Below, piece after piece: positions 13,743-26,800 of a DNA stretch of 64,000 bases. The stretch's first letter is position 1; each line of letters starts with the position of its first letter. Location of the stretch: NCBI GenBank assembly GCA_030141605.1, contig JAQGDQ010000132.1:252433-316432 (forward strand). Reading direction: 5' to 3'. A program made the translations under genes and the position numbers. The notes beneath the pieces are model-generated. The model was not told where the DNA came from. It did no database searches and was given only the letters and a program-made list of their open reading frames with translations. The stretch is from Tubiluchus corallicola (taxonomy: Eukaryota > Animalia > Priapulida).

Positions 13743-15743
13743 GAACTTGAGAAATTAATGAGAAGTGCGTGTTTTCTTAAATAAAAATACTGTGCCCTAT
13801 TAATGAGGAATTCGTAATGCTAGGCTTGTCAGAAACACAAAAACAGAGACTTGATGTAATCATAACCAAAATGTTTAATGCACTTGTCCTAAACGAGTAA
13901 AAAGCTCACGTGAAAAAGTGAATGTGTGAAAGTAATAAATTACTGTCATTAACACCTCATTGCACAACATATCATAGCTAAAAATTTGAATTAAAAAAAA
14001 TCAAGCAAATTTTTACTGAAAGTACAATATTGACTATCACACTAAAGCAGCTCTCCAGCAGGTACAAAAATGGTACCCTATTCAACTGTGATTACACTGC
14101 ACACAATAGGTGTAGCTAGTCATATGTGTGTTGTTATAAACACGTGTTATGCACTTAACACTTTAGCCTTAAAGGGTATAGTTTGTGCATATTATAAGGT
14201 TTACCTTAGAAGCTAGGAAAAAGAAAAGCCCATGCCTCACGTGTCTAGCTTTGGCTAGATGGTTAATTCATCTACTTACAAAGCCTTGATTAACAAGGAA
14301 GACAGTGCTAGTTAACCTATTGCTTAAAAAAACAACACAAAGTACACAACTGGAAAAACTGTGTTTTGTTTATATTATAAGCCAATTTGACGCCATATTG
14401 CTAATGTTGATAAACAAAATTTCAAATATAGTACACAAAGTTCATAAGATATTTAGTCAAAAATATTTTTATTGTTTAATAATATGCCATCTCAACATTT
14501 AAAACCAGTGTGACTGTACATTTGCGAACAATGAGAACATTCTGGTAATCGATGCTGAACAATTGTCAGCTAGACCGACAAACTGTGTTATAAACAAACA
14601 GACACTTTCACTAAAGATTACAGACAGTGACAGAAAAGTGAATTTAAAAAATTAATGAATAATTTATTTATTCATAAGTATCAGTAGTCGTTGAAGCAAA
14701 AATATCAAGTCAAGGTTTCCATCAAAGTTATGCACAAAACACAGCTAGTATTTAATTACATTTGCGGCTCTGGAGCACTTTTTGCACAGTCTGACGTACT
14801 GCAAGCCAGAATAAAATGCACGTCAGCAGAGTATACTACTAATGTCGTATGACTGTGGCAGGACTGGAACGTAACTCACCAAGTATAATCTTATAAGATC
14901 AGTCATTGAATGACAGGCATCTGAGCCACATTCAGATGTGTATGCAACTTCTTTAATACAGAAATAACTGGAGGCAACATGCAGGTTCCTGGCAGTCACC
15001 CATCAATTTAATACCCATATTTGCTACTGCTTAACTTGGTAATTAATGCACTCTGCAACCACAATATAAGTAACCTCTACTCTAAATACGATATGGATGA
15101 GTGAGTATTATACTGCTCATGAACCAAGCACCCATGAACTTAGCACCTGGAAGCTCGGTGCAGATTATCATGGTGCCCTCAACTTGGTGCTCACAGCAAA
15201 GGCATCAAGTTAAAATCATCAAATATATAAGTTTGTCAAGGTAGATTTTTCATTGTTTAATCCTGCAATATAAAATTTAAGTTTACTTGCATTACATAAT
15301 GGTTTTCAAAATTAACACTAGAGCGAAAAATTTGATACTCCATTCAATTTCATAGACCACTACAAATTTAGCGATGTTCACACTCACTTGCAATCAAATA
15401 TCTATTTGAATCTGCAGCCAAACAGGGAAAAAATTTAGTTTTTCAACTATTTAATGTCGGTGGTTATCGTATTAGTGTGTTGGCCACAAGGTCTATAAAG
15501 TCTCCAATAATTAAAAAAAAATAGGTTAGATTCCTATGAAATCTTGGTTTATGATACTTAATCCTTACAGATACTATTCAAACTTAGGGAAAAGTATATT
15601 AAGAAGAAAGACAAAAATTTACAAGCAGTGTCACGTTTTATTTCTTTCAGCTGATCATGTAAATCACATCAGACGTAAATGTTCACAGTTGTTCATCGCC
15701 ACGCCAAATGTTTTTACAAGTAAAGGCTCCATACATCAGACAA

Positions 15744-18700
15744 TTAAGCTGTTGCTACAGATGAGAGATGATCTTGAACATGAATGAGGTTACCCTTCCA
15801 CAACTGCAATGTTTCCTTTAGCTGAACCCAGTTTTGCTTGCTAAATGTTCGCTGTGTACAATAGCTGACATTCACCTTATGATTTTTCTGATCAATGCGA
15901 CAGATCACCTTCTTCGTGGCAATTACTGTGAAAGCAAGAGAACAAAGTACAACTGTAATGCATTTACAACTGCATATAAATTTCTAAAACGTTTTGTAAA
16001 CTAAAATGTACTATATACTAAGACATCACTAATAGAGTCATCAGCAATAAAAAGTTTCCGAAAATGTTACTGATTCTTGGTGGATATGGTGCCAAGAATT
16101 TCTAAAAAAACCTGCTAAAAACAATGGCATTGGGAGACAACAATAAGAAAGCCATCAGCAACAAAATGTTTCAGTAATTGTTACTGATCCTAAATGGGGA
16201 TGGTGCCAAGAATTTCTAAAACAAACTTGCTAAAAACAATGGCGTCAGTGTAGTAGATTTATTTGTCAAGTTGCATGAATTCCTAGTGATCCAAGTGGTT
16301 TATTTCAGTAGTTATTAAAAAAGCTATATCTTAGGCAGACTACAGTAGAAAGGAAATACTTTCAAGATATTATTTTTTTGCATATAATATTTAAGACACT
16401 AAGTCACTTTTATTTCAAGTGATTGCGGACAGTCATCTTTTAGGGATGTAAACCCAATCCATGCAAAAGGCTTAACTTGAGTAGTTAATTTCTTTTCAAG
16501 TAAAACAATTAGTTAGCTTCATTTCAACAACTATAATGCTGCTATAGAATCTGTGTTGGATGTAGTATGAAAAATGAGTTTCATAAATGATACAGAAAAA
16601 AAAATGTAAACTTTTATACCATCAATAATGAATGACTCGACTTCGTCAGAAGAGATCTTCATTTCTTGTGATATGAGGTCAAACGGCAACTCTCGCTTAC
16701 TCTCTGCCATCGACATGAAAGTTAATAACCGCATCTTCTGTAAATTTGCTTCATGATTTAGACCTAAAAAGAGAAAGGAAGCATTGTCTGTTGGTTAATG
16801 AAAATAGTTTTCACTGAGAAAGAAGAAAACTAATCCATATACTACCTAGGGTACACGATCCTCTATCCCACTGTTTTATAGGTGAAGTGTACTTTTACAC
16901 ATCTCTAGATATGCTGATTCTTATATACTATGATTAACAATTTTGAAATAACAGCTTCATATTTGGCAATGTGTTATAAACTTACAGGGATGGAAAAAGT
17001 CACAACATAATTATCTTAATACAAACTTCAAGCATGCTTAAAAAGGATGTCAACTTCCAAAAAGCACAAAATACACTGGTTTTTGCGCCTTGTCCAAAAT
17101 GAGCTGGCATACGACATGTGGGGCTAAACAATTTGTGTGACTATCCAGCACGCAACTATCTAGCGAAGTTGCATATATGTAATATGTAACATATATAGCG
17201 TATAACATATATATACATATACACTAACACAAAAATGTAATGAACAATGCAGGCTCTCCAGCTGAATGAGGTGGTACTGCAAGTGGTGCAGTAGAGGGTA
17301 TACAGAGCATCATAGTCACATGCCGCCCTTGGCCATTTTAGTATAATCACCTATTATATATTACACTCAAGAATATATGCACAAAACACCAATTAATTGT
17401 TTAATCTGTGACGGCCGAACTTCTGCTATGGGTGGCAGGAAAATCACATTCCAAAAGGCTTCTCGTAACAGTTCACACATTTCACCTCCACAGTATAATT
17501 AACAGACGATAAGGATTAATGCATAAATGTTGCATTAAATTGTTTATTATAGGACGTAAATTGACCGATGATACTCAGTGATAGCAAAACATAAAGAAAG
17601 TATGTAGACTCTAGAGAATTTTTAACACAATTTTTCTTGAGCAGTTTTGTGACTTTTGCATGAACCCACGTCACTGAGGTTATCAAAAATGTGCAAATTA
17701 TGGTGCTTATTTTTTGAATGTTTACTAATCTTTTTTTGTGCCCGGTAGTCTAATGAAGCCAAGTCTTCCAGAAGGCAGCAAAAATGAAGATCATGGTTAA
17801 TTTACTATAATAGGCAACCAGTAAGATCAATTACTGAAAAAAGCTAAAACATACACCCATCAACTAGTAACACTACTGAGCTAGGAAGAAGGGGAAATGA
17901 GCCATTCCGTCTCCTAGCAAGTGAGACGTTTAAGACAATATACCAACATCTAAACTTACCACTGCAGCAGTGGGTGTTGCTGTTATGTCAATGTACATCA
18001 ATGTGATCATTTTTGTTATTGTTAAAATTAGTTTAAGATATAATAACAAGAAAACTCGGACAGTTTTTGAGTTCTGCTCACCTAATGATGACACAAAGTC
18101 AGTATTTTGCTTATAGAAGGCTTGATACTGTTCCAGTTTTCCAGATACAAATATTGTTAGCAGCTAAAACACGAGAAATGTTTTAAAATTTGCGAATTTA
18201 CAGTATAAACAACATTAAGCGAGAATAAAGTAATCAAACAACAATTAAGGTGTAACATTAAACAAAAGTACACATTTGTGATAGAAAAATTTTTTAAATG
18301 AAAGGAATAATATGGTTAACAGTTTAAGAAGAAACAAAAATCAATGACAAAGTTTGTCTTATAAGTGTATCGTATTGCCACTATGTGTATAATCATTAAT
18401 TAGGATAGACAAGTTGCACTTTAGTAGAGGACAAAGACAAAATTGTACATTGCATAAATCACCGTTATTTATAAAAAGGAAAGTTAAAAGGAAACGAAAC
18501 TCTACGATTTTGAAACAACTATTCCTTAAGAAACAACTTAATCCAAAAAGTCACGTCATAACTGGATATTCAAACCTACATAATAAAGTGCAAAAATCTC
18601 AGAGCTAGCAATATAAACTACTTACATCATGGATTAGCTCGCCTTCCAAAAATTTGACAGGTTTTAGCTGCAGCAACCCATCAAGAATTAACACATTGGG

Positions 18701-21700
18701 ATCAGCTATGCATGATACTATGCACCTAGAAAATTCCAATAAGACAATCTTCGATTATCTTTGGCCAAATGAGAACACGTGCTAACATAAATTAATCAAT
18801 GTAAACCACTGCAGCATTTAATGACATTATAATCATGTTTTAACATGGAAATAAAAACCAAATTTTTTGGGTGATTTTGTGGAGGAAACAACTTGCGTAC
18901 CTAAAGACTTCTTGTAAAAAAGTTTGCTTTTGTCATACAGATGCGTAAATGATGTATCCCAGTGATTACAACTATTGGCTTATGTCTTGAATCATTTTTT
19001 GTCTGATTTAAGATTGCTTCTTAGCAATCACTGATGTTGCTTACAAGTGGCTAAGTGTAAAGCAGCTACCGGAGCTTTAGTGGTAATTGCATTACTACAG
19101 GACACTAATACCAGCTTAGCTAGATTTGAGTGCTTGAGACATCATTTACCATTTTTTCTTAAAATAAAGCTGGGAATTTAATGAATTGCTTTGGTGTTAT
19201 TCGCTTGCAAAGTACACTCCACAAAGCGATCTATCTGCATCCATGATAATGGTAAATATGGTGCTATAAATGGCATATCCAAGCTGCAGGCAGAAAAACT
19301 CAATACGCGAGAAACCAAATTCTTTGCATCCGTGCCATTTTTGTGTAATACTTAAACTACAGGTACACTGATGCATTATGTATCTAAGGTATTTGTAAAC
19401 GGACAAACGTTAGGTTTTCAGTAATTTTTTTAAAATATTACACCATTTCATTGGATATAACTTTATCAACAGCAATTATAAAGCATTGCAAAATGACCAA
19501 TTTTTAATAATTCGCTTTGATTTAAATCATTTAATACATAAATTCTCCATCAAAGGTACAACTTACAAGAAAATAAAAATATAGTACAAAAATAATTTAC
19601 AGTAATCAATGCAGAACCTTCTTGCTAAATGTGGTGCAAACAATTCAGCTTCAAATATCGTGCAACGTATCAACGTAGTCAAAAAAACTCTAGTTGATTA
19701 TTAATATTGTATAAGTAGGTTACCTATGAGCTTCTGATCTAGCCTGTGATGCGTTGTCATCCGTGTAGGTACCCAGCAACTCAAACATAACCTTACTGGC
19801 TTCCTCACTATATTTCACTTCCAGCAAGGCTTCATAGAGCAGCCGATAAAGATTTTGAACGTTAGCTATGCTCAAGTCCCATAAACATACCCATTTTTGT
19901 ATCTGGAAACATGCGAGCATACTTTAGCAATATTATGTGGAATTTCAAAAATATTTGATGTTCACTGACCCATCTTATCCAAATAATCCAGTTCAGATCA
20001 GAAAAAGTGTTACAAAAGTTTGCTAGTGTTCGAAAACTGAATAAAACATTCAGTATAGTAAAGCAGACAACTTTGCTGTCTTTGCCAATGATTTTCAAAG
20101 CCTAATATAAAAATGTAATATTTTTTGGTATAATAGCATCTAAAATTGGGTATTAAAAGAAGCAGGGATGGCAAAAATTAAAGTTTAATCATTACCTTGG
20201 ATATATCAGTTTCGATCATATCAACATTATTAGTGTGGCCAGCAACTTTCACCAAGGCACAGTAAACATTGTACCGCAATACCGAGCGCTCATCCAAACC
20301 ATGAAACAAATTACTCAACCTGAAACCAATTTAAGAAAAATAGGTTATGTTTCAAATCAATAGATATTAGTGTTATTTAACTGTTTATTTTGAGTATATA
20401 AACACATACATATATACATGCACCCTCTATTTCCAGGGCTATAACAGTTAACAGTATTCACATTTCATATTTAACAACTTACAATAGCTATGCTAGCATT
20501 GTATTATCATTACCTTCGTAACTGTATTGATAACAATTTTCTGAAATTAATTAATCCCGTTAGGTTAGTGGCAAAATAAAAAATAATCTAACAAAATATT
20601 AGCAAAGTTAATTAAAATCAGATTATCACGACAAGTTAACATATAATTAACATCCTGGTGCTGTAAAACGCGTGCACAGTTTTCTCGTTTATTGCAACTT
20701 ACGAATTTACATAGAAACGGTAGATGATGTGGGGTTTTCCACCCATCCAAGCACTGGCTTATATTATTGCCTGAACAGAAGATCATTAAAATTACCTTGA
20801 CCTGTTAGAAATATGCAGGCTAGACTATCAAGTTTTCTATTACCTCTCTGTACTGGAATATTCAAGGGAGCAGTACTTAGTGAATATGGATAAATTGGAG
20901 ATGCCCCACAAATTATCTGTTGTGATACTTACATTTCCATATTCCTAATATATAATTATCAATATCGCTTTTAACATTTCCATATTCCTAATATATAATT
21001 ATCAATATCACTTTTAACATTTCCATATTCCTAATATATAATTATCAATATCACTTTTAACATTTCCATATTCCTAATATATAATTATCAATATCACTTT
21101 TACTATATTTAATGACTGCTTTGGGGATTTCTCGTAAATCTAAATTTCAGGCAGTAAAATCTTTAGTTATTCCTAAAAATTCATTAGTTGCCAATAAAGC
21201 CAAACGTAAAAAGTATCTATTTAGAGTTATTGGACTGTTTTTTAATCAAATCAAATTTAATTTTACTAGATCACTGCTTAGCACTGACAAAGTTTTTAAG
21301 ATAAATTTCCATGTTAAGCATTTCCACATAATCTCTAAAGGCGGTAATCCACATATTAACTGTAGCTTGTCACGGGATGGGTCGAAGTGAAAACCTGTCA
21401 CAGTTTTCATGACGTCATAAATTACGTCGCCAAGAAACTCATGTTTATGAGCCATCCAAAATAATAAGGTAATACCAGTGCCTTAAACAATGCAATTACT
21501 GTTACCAAACTAAAACCTTCATAGAAACAACATTTATGTCGAATTGTCATCCACATGTTCCAAGCCTTCTTTCTAACAACACATATCTACATGGAAAAGT
21601 TAAAAACTGAATGAAAACATAATCAGTATATTTCATCATACTCGAATCCTCACTTTTATTCCACACTACACTATTATTTTTTGGACCAACATTTCCGCCC

Positions 21701-23540
21701 TATACTATTACTCTGCCTATACCATTATTTGGAATGCAAGAGTAATGTGCAGTAACAATGCCATAAAAGCAGCAGTAACAAACAGACAAACACTCACACT
21801 CTCATTTGAAGACTGTGATGCTTTTCCCCCTTGATCACCTTCTCAATGAAAGAAATAACCATATTTTCTACTTGTTCTGTCGGAATGATGAATATCAGTG
21901 AAATAATACTGTTCAGCACAGCTTCCGCATCTGAAACCATGGTAACAAATTATTGAAAACAATCGAAACTATTAAGAGACAACATCTTAAAAGTTTAAGC
22001 CTAGTGCACACCTCAGAAAAAGCATTAAATGAAAAACCAATAGTAATAGTGTGCAGCAGAGTAAGACATAAAAAAACGAAACCGAAAATCTGGTGTCGCT
22101 GTACAAAAAACAAATGTTTGGCGAATCAAACACAGCCGAATTTGCAAACAAGAAACAACTGCTTGCCTGCTGTGCGCATTAGCTGTTTCACAAAACAGCC
22201 AACCAGACATCAAAAATTAATCATATTTTTCAAATTCAGTTTTATCTCAGACATAAAAGCGTCCATACAGTTAGCTATGCACAGTATATGATAAAAGATT
22301 AAAACAAATTAATAAATTACAAAAAATTATGTACATAGATGAAGCATAACACATAGGCCTGCATATTTAAGTATGTCTGAGAGAGATAAGGTTTACAAAA
22401 ATTATATATATAATATGTCCCTCTATCTGCCATAAAGCCTGGAGGTACGATACACATCAAACAGCCTTAAGCATCTCAGATAGGTATTATCTCACATTTC
22501 AAGGTGCAATTTTAAGGAACATGAACATTTCCTTAACAAGATATCATATGATGCAGTTAAAATTTTGTTACCCACCCACTTTTTATTTCTAGTTTGCAGG
22601 GGACACACTTTTAGAAAAGAAAAACACGAAATCAATGCAAAGCAATTTGAATCAAAATTGTTTAGTGTTTGTTGCTTTCTATCAGTGCATTAGTCATTAA
22701 GAGCACGTTTGTACAATTTATCTATCACACCAATCACACCATGTCAAAACCTGGAGAAAATATGATTAAACTAGCCATTACTAATGAATTAAATAAGTGA
22801 AAAAATTGAAAACTTAAGATAAACCTGCTTCAGTGGCTTGTTTCCAGACTATTCCACTTGCATCTATGATCTTGGCCAAGTCATAAACTAGTCCTTGATC
22901 TGAATTTTCCTCTGAGATCTCAGCACCAAGTGATTTCAAGTAAGCCCGCAGATCTTGCACCTAAATTGAATTGAACTTTGAATATTAATCAAGTCAACAA
23001 TGAGTTCCTAAATCTGCATAATATTTCAAAAATATTAGCTTAACCAAAGTTGGAATTTAACCATAGGAAATCCTAACAATTTACATTAAAAATTTCTTAG
23101 CTGCATAGCAATATGGTGGTTATAGTAGCAATAGAATAAGTGTGATATGTCTGACAGGTAAGAAATTTGATGTAAACATGCCAGAAACGCGTGAGGCTCA
23201 AAAAACATCGTCTTTGAGCATAACATTAAAAATTAGGTATGAAGAGTTCAAATATACGCAAATGAAACGTTTATTAACATAACGGCTGTGGAAATTAAAA
23301 GCTAACTGTGGCTTATTCCGCCATAAGTGAAACTCAGGGGCTGATCAATCGTCGTATCGTATGTGCAGCGCAGATCGTCATATTGCGCTAAGCAATCATA
23401 TCGAAATCGGCGATCGCTCGGCGGGACCTGAATTCTAATAGAGTGCCGCTTCGTCATTAACGTGGTATCTAGCGATAGTGATAACCCACCTGCTCTGACT
23501 CGGACAAGTCTATAAAAGCTGGTACCCACGCAGCACACAT
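15744..23540 (-). CDS. EIF3M: Eukaryotic translation initiation factor 3 subunit M (PCI domain)
   Basis: Exons 23540-23490, 22960-22825, 21930-21798, 20319-20196, 19902-19724, 18725-18626, 18163-18082, 16763-16620 and 15925-15744 give 1131 nt = 376 aa. Motifs include [78 protein letters not shown] and [12 protein letters not shown]. Confidence 0.97.
16041..16243. repeat. Local direct duplication (~88 bp, 2 copies)
   Basis: tcagcaa...gttactgat...tggtgccaagaatttctaaaa...gctaaaaacaatggc occurs at ~16041-16128 and ~16156-16243. Confidence 0.8.
20931..21101. repeat. 43-bp minisatellite, ~4 copies
   Basis: The unit acatttccatattcctaatatataattatcaatatcactttta is repeated in tandem. Confidence 0.9.
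21112..21600 (-). mobile_element. Non-LTR retrotransposon fragment in an EIF3M intron
   Basis: The minus-strand ORF contains ...[26 protein letters not shown]..., resembling the post-RT 'ALQVIAGLPPLDL'-type motif of LINE ORF2. Confidence 0.5.
23334..23457 (-). ncRNA. Candidate intronic box C/D-like RNA
   Basis: A CpG-rich ~124-nt segment in the first coding intron of EIF3M. It starts with ATGACGA (box C variant) and ends with CTGA (box D), with internal CCGA and a second ATGACGA. No terminal stem or target is evident. Confidence 0.25.
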
Positions 23541-23892
23541 AATATTAATTTGCCTACACCAGTCTTGTTTTGCCAATCCAGTAATTACTCAAATCTGAAC
23601 TCCAAGTGTGGTACTCAGTGTCAGTTATTAAATTTACCACAAAATATTCGTTTCAATACTCGGCAGTGGTCACGCGTAACTCCATTTACTCCATGCGTGC
23701 CGCGATACCTACCGAAAATGATGACAGGTGTTATTCTGTGAAGCACGAAAAAATAAAATAAGAATGTTTATTAAATATAAACAGCTGTCTTTAGCAATAG
23801 TTTCTCGCTAATTTGCACTTCAAAACAATAACATGTTAAACGATTGTTAGTTTTATTTTTATTATTTTTCGGTAAGTAATTACGTCATCAAC
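23541..23892. promoter_or_regulatory. Bidirectional promoter shared by EIF3M and CARS1
   Basis: The divergent start codons are only 352 bp apart and the region is locally CpG-enriched. A CRE/ATF-like TTACGTCATCA lies at 23880-23890. Confidence 0.75.
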
Positions 23893-26800
23893 ATGGCAGA
23901 AAAAAGCGTGGCTGGCAAGTTATTCTATTAATTTCAGTAGCTAATTTGAGCGATTAATCCTGCATACCAAACCTATTTATAATTTCTGGAAAGGAATTTA
24001 TAATTTAATCATGAAAGTTTAGTTATTGATCATATAACTTTCTTTTATTTCTCATGATTCGACTATGCAACTCGGTTGGCAATATCTAGTATTATTACTA
24101 TTAGTAGGGTGGCTGAACGAAAATTGTAGAGCGCGCCACCATAGTCGCAACTGTGCTCATTTGATAGTGCCATGAGCATATAGTTAATTAAAAAAAACCA
24201 GATTTAAAATAATTAGTTTGTTTTGAAATGGCGGTCAGTTAAAGTTCAAAAAAACGCTCGCGTTTTAGGAGTAACAAAAAATGACTGAGCAAAAAGTTAA
24301 AAATTGTACTTTTAGCATTCGATTATTTATAACTAAATATTCCAAATACAAGTTTTAGTATGTTAGTGTTGTTAAATGGAGTGCATTGCACGAGAAATAA
24401 TCTTATCAAGTCATATGGCAACATAGTATTCATTTTTCCAGCATCCAAAATTCATCCAAAAGATGTTTTACCTTAACAGGTGTGAAAATGGACCTTTTAC
24501 GAAAGTGTGCTAACTTGTCTACTTTAGAGTGTTATAAAAGATGCCAATTCAGCTGGTAGTTAATTGTTAATATGACTTTTGGTAGCTCAGTGTACATAGA
24601 ACAGATATTCATAAACACTTTGCATCTTCAGATGACACATTTGGAGAAAATAAATGTCTATGTCTATGATTCCATAGCTGAACTACACAATACTCAAATC
24701 CTTACGATCGTCTGCCCTTAATAAACGACTTGCTGTTAAAAACATTTGTTAAAAACCAGCAGTTGTTATATGAGCCAAGCATTGACACAACTTGGTGATG
24801 AATACCTGCAATGTTGCTGTTACCTTTTCTGGTGTGTGTTTTTTAACATCATTTTAATCATGACATAAGTTCAACATATATTATATCAGGTAATAGTGTT
24901 AAAGTATAGAGCCTGAGGACTTTTAACTGATGATTAAACAGTCAAAAATGTCTAACAGAAACATTTATCTAACTATTGCAGGCAAAAAACGTGTACAACC
25001 GGCATGGACGCCACCAAGTGGAGAACCGGTTGGCACTTTGAGACTGTACAACAGTCTTACCCGTTCAAAGGAGCCATTCCTTCCACAATTTGGTAATAAG
25101 GTATTGTGGTACAGTTGCGGACCTACAGTGTACGATGCATCACATATGGGCCATGCAAGGTAATAATCAGTGATAGCTTAGTTAAGTACCTTTTCATGTT
25201 TACTGGTAATGTGTCTTAAATTACAGTTGTACACTTGTAGCAAGTTAAACAACAGACAGCACGTTTTTATGTCTGTGAAGGCAAGTCTAGTAGGTGGTAT
25301 TGATATTGGTTTGTTAGTTGTTAACATAACATCAGTGACAACACTAACTAACAGTACAAGAATAGCGAGTTCTATTTTCTTTTATCTATATTCTAGAGTT
25401 CAGATAAACTCCCAGAGTAACATCCCAGAATTAATGCAAGAGCAAGTTTCGATTTTTGCATTTTGATTTTGCTAAATTATATATGTATATATATTTTTTC
25501 ATCTTCATCATGATTTTAGTAATTAGTTAATTGTGCACATATGCAAAGGCCCTATAGCAGTATTAATTAAATAATATTTTTCGTCATTGAGAAGCTACAA
25601 GTGATGTTAACCGGTATTAGGAAATAAATAACCATTCTAAAACTGCTTTTATATCAGTATGATTTACAAACATAAAAATTTTGAAAATCTGGAAAATGTT
25701 GCAGAATCCTTTCGACGTATCTTTGACTGTGTGAATGAAGCTAATGCAGCTGTGAGTCATGTAAGTTTATATATTAATTTTATACTTATTTATAGATCTT
25801 ACATCACATTTGACATACTGCGGCGGGTCATGAGAGATTACTTCAAATATGATGTCTTGTATGCCATGAATATTACGGATATTGATGATAAGGTAATAGC
25901 AACTGAAATTTTTTCAGTTTGTACGCATAAATATTTTTTCATAATATATTTAATAACATTATAACATTTTGCAAACTTTGTTTAAGCAGAAAATGTCTAT
26001 TATTTGGTAGTTGTAGTGGTAGTGGTAGTGGTAGCTGTAGTGGTAGTGGTAATGGTAGTTGTTTCTAAGTGTTTGTTTTTTGTTAAGAGTGTTTCTCTGT
26101 TGTACATTTTGCAATGTACATATGAAACTATATTAACAAATGAACTAGTCCTCGGTTTTTTTAGAACAAACAAATCAGTTTTTATAAGACAAATGTATTG
26201 AGCATTATTACCTGGCAAACTGTTCTGTGCTATGTAGATCATCAAACGTGCAAGGCAGACCCATCTACTGGAAGAATATGAAACAAATCTGAAGACTCTT
26301 TCTCAAATGCTTGCTGACATTACGGCTTCGATGGATGTAAGTTCAGTTTAATATTAATATTAACACCAAAATAATTGCCACTGAAGTGTCGAGAAAGTAT
26401 GGGTTCAAACCCAAGGGTCGGAGTTTTGCAAAGTTGATGTTTACAAATCTTTGGCAAGACCTTTATTGATTATTTTTGTTCCTTTAGGGATAAAATCGTA
26501 ATTGCGCAAGTTGGAAATTGTGCTGTTGTATAATGCAATTCTTATGATTAATCAAAAACTGTCTGTGTATAGCAGACATTTGTAGCAAATGCCAAAAGTT
26601 CCTTTTTTGAATTTGGAGGCATGGTCAAACATTTTCTCCTTTAATGTGTGTAAATTGAAAGCAGTTTTAGATAAATTAGTTTTCAGTATCAGTAAAACAA
26701 GTAACTATTTTCTGATTATGTATTGGAATAATGATTCATTTTTATTCAAAATTATCGCCACTAGTTTTATTTCAAATTATATTTCTGGAATTTCTTCAGA

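Noticed and set aside
23655-23695. Tandem uORFs (ATG GAG TAA ATG GAG...) upstream of EIF3M
   Set aside because: The TSS is unknown and a GTAGGT donor at ~23712 may place them in a 5' UTR intron, so they cannot be supported.
24480-24890. Alternative CARS1 exon (GST-like insert or mitochondrial presequence) in intron 1
   Set aside because: Each acceptor/donor combination I tried hits an in-frame stop or has the wrong phase for exon 2.
26000-26245. Poly-Thr and poly-Val ORFs
   Set aside because: They derive from the (GTAGTG)n repeat in a CARS1 intron.
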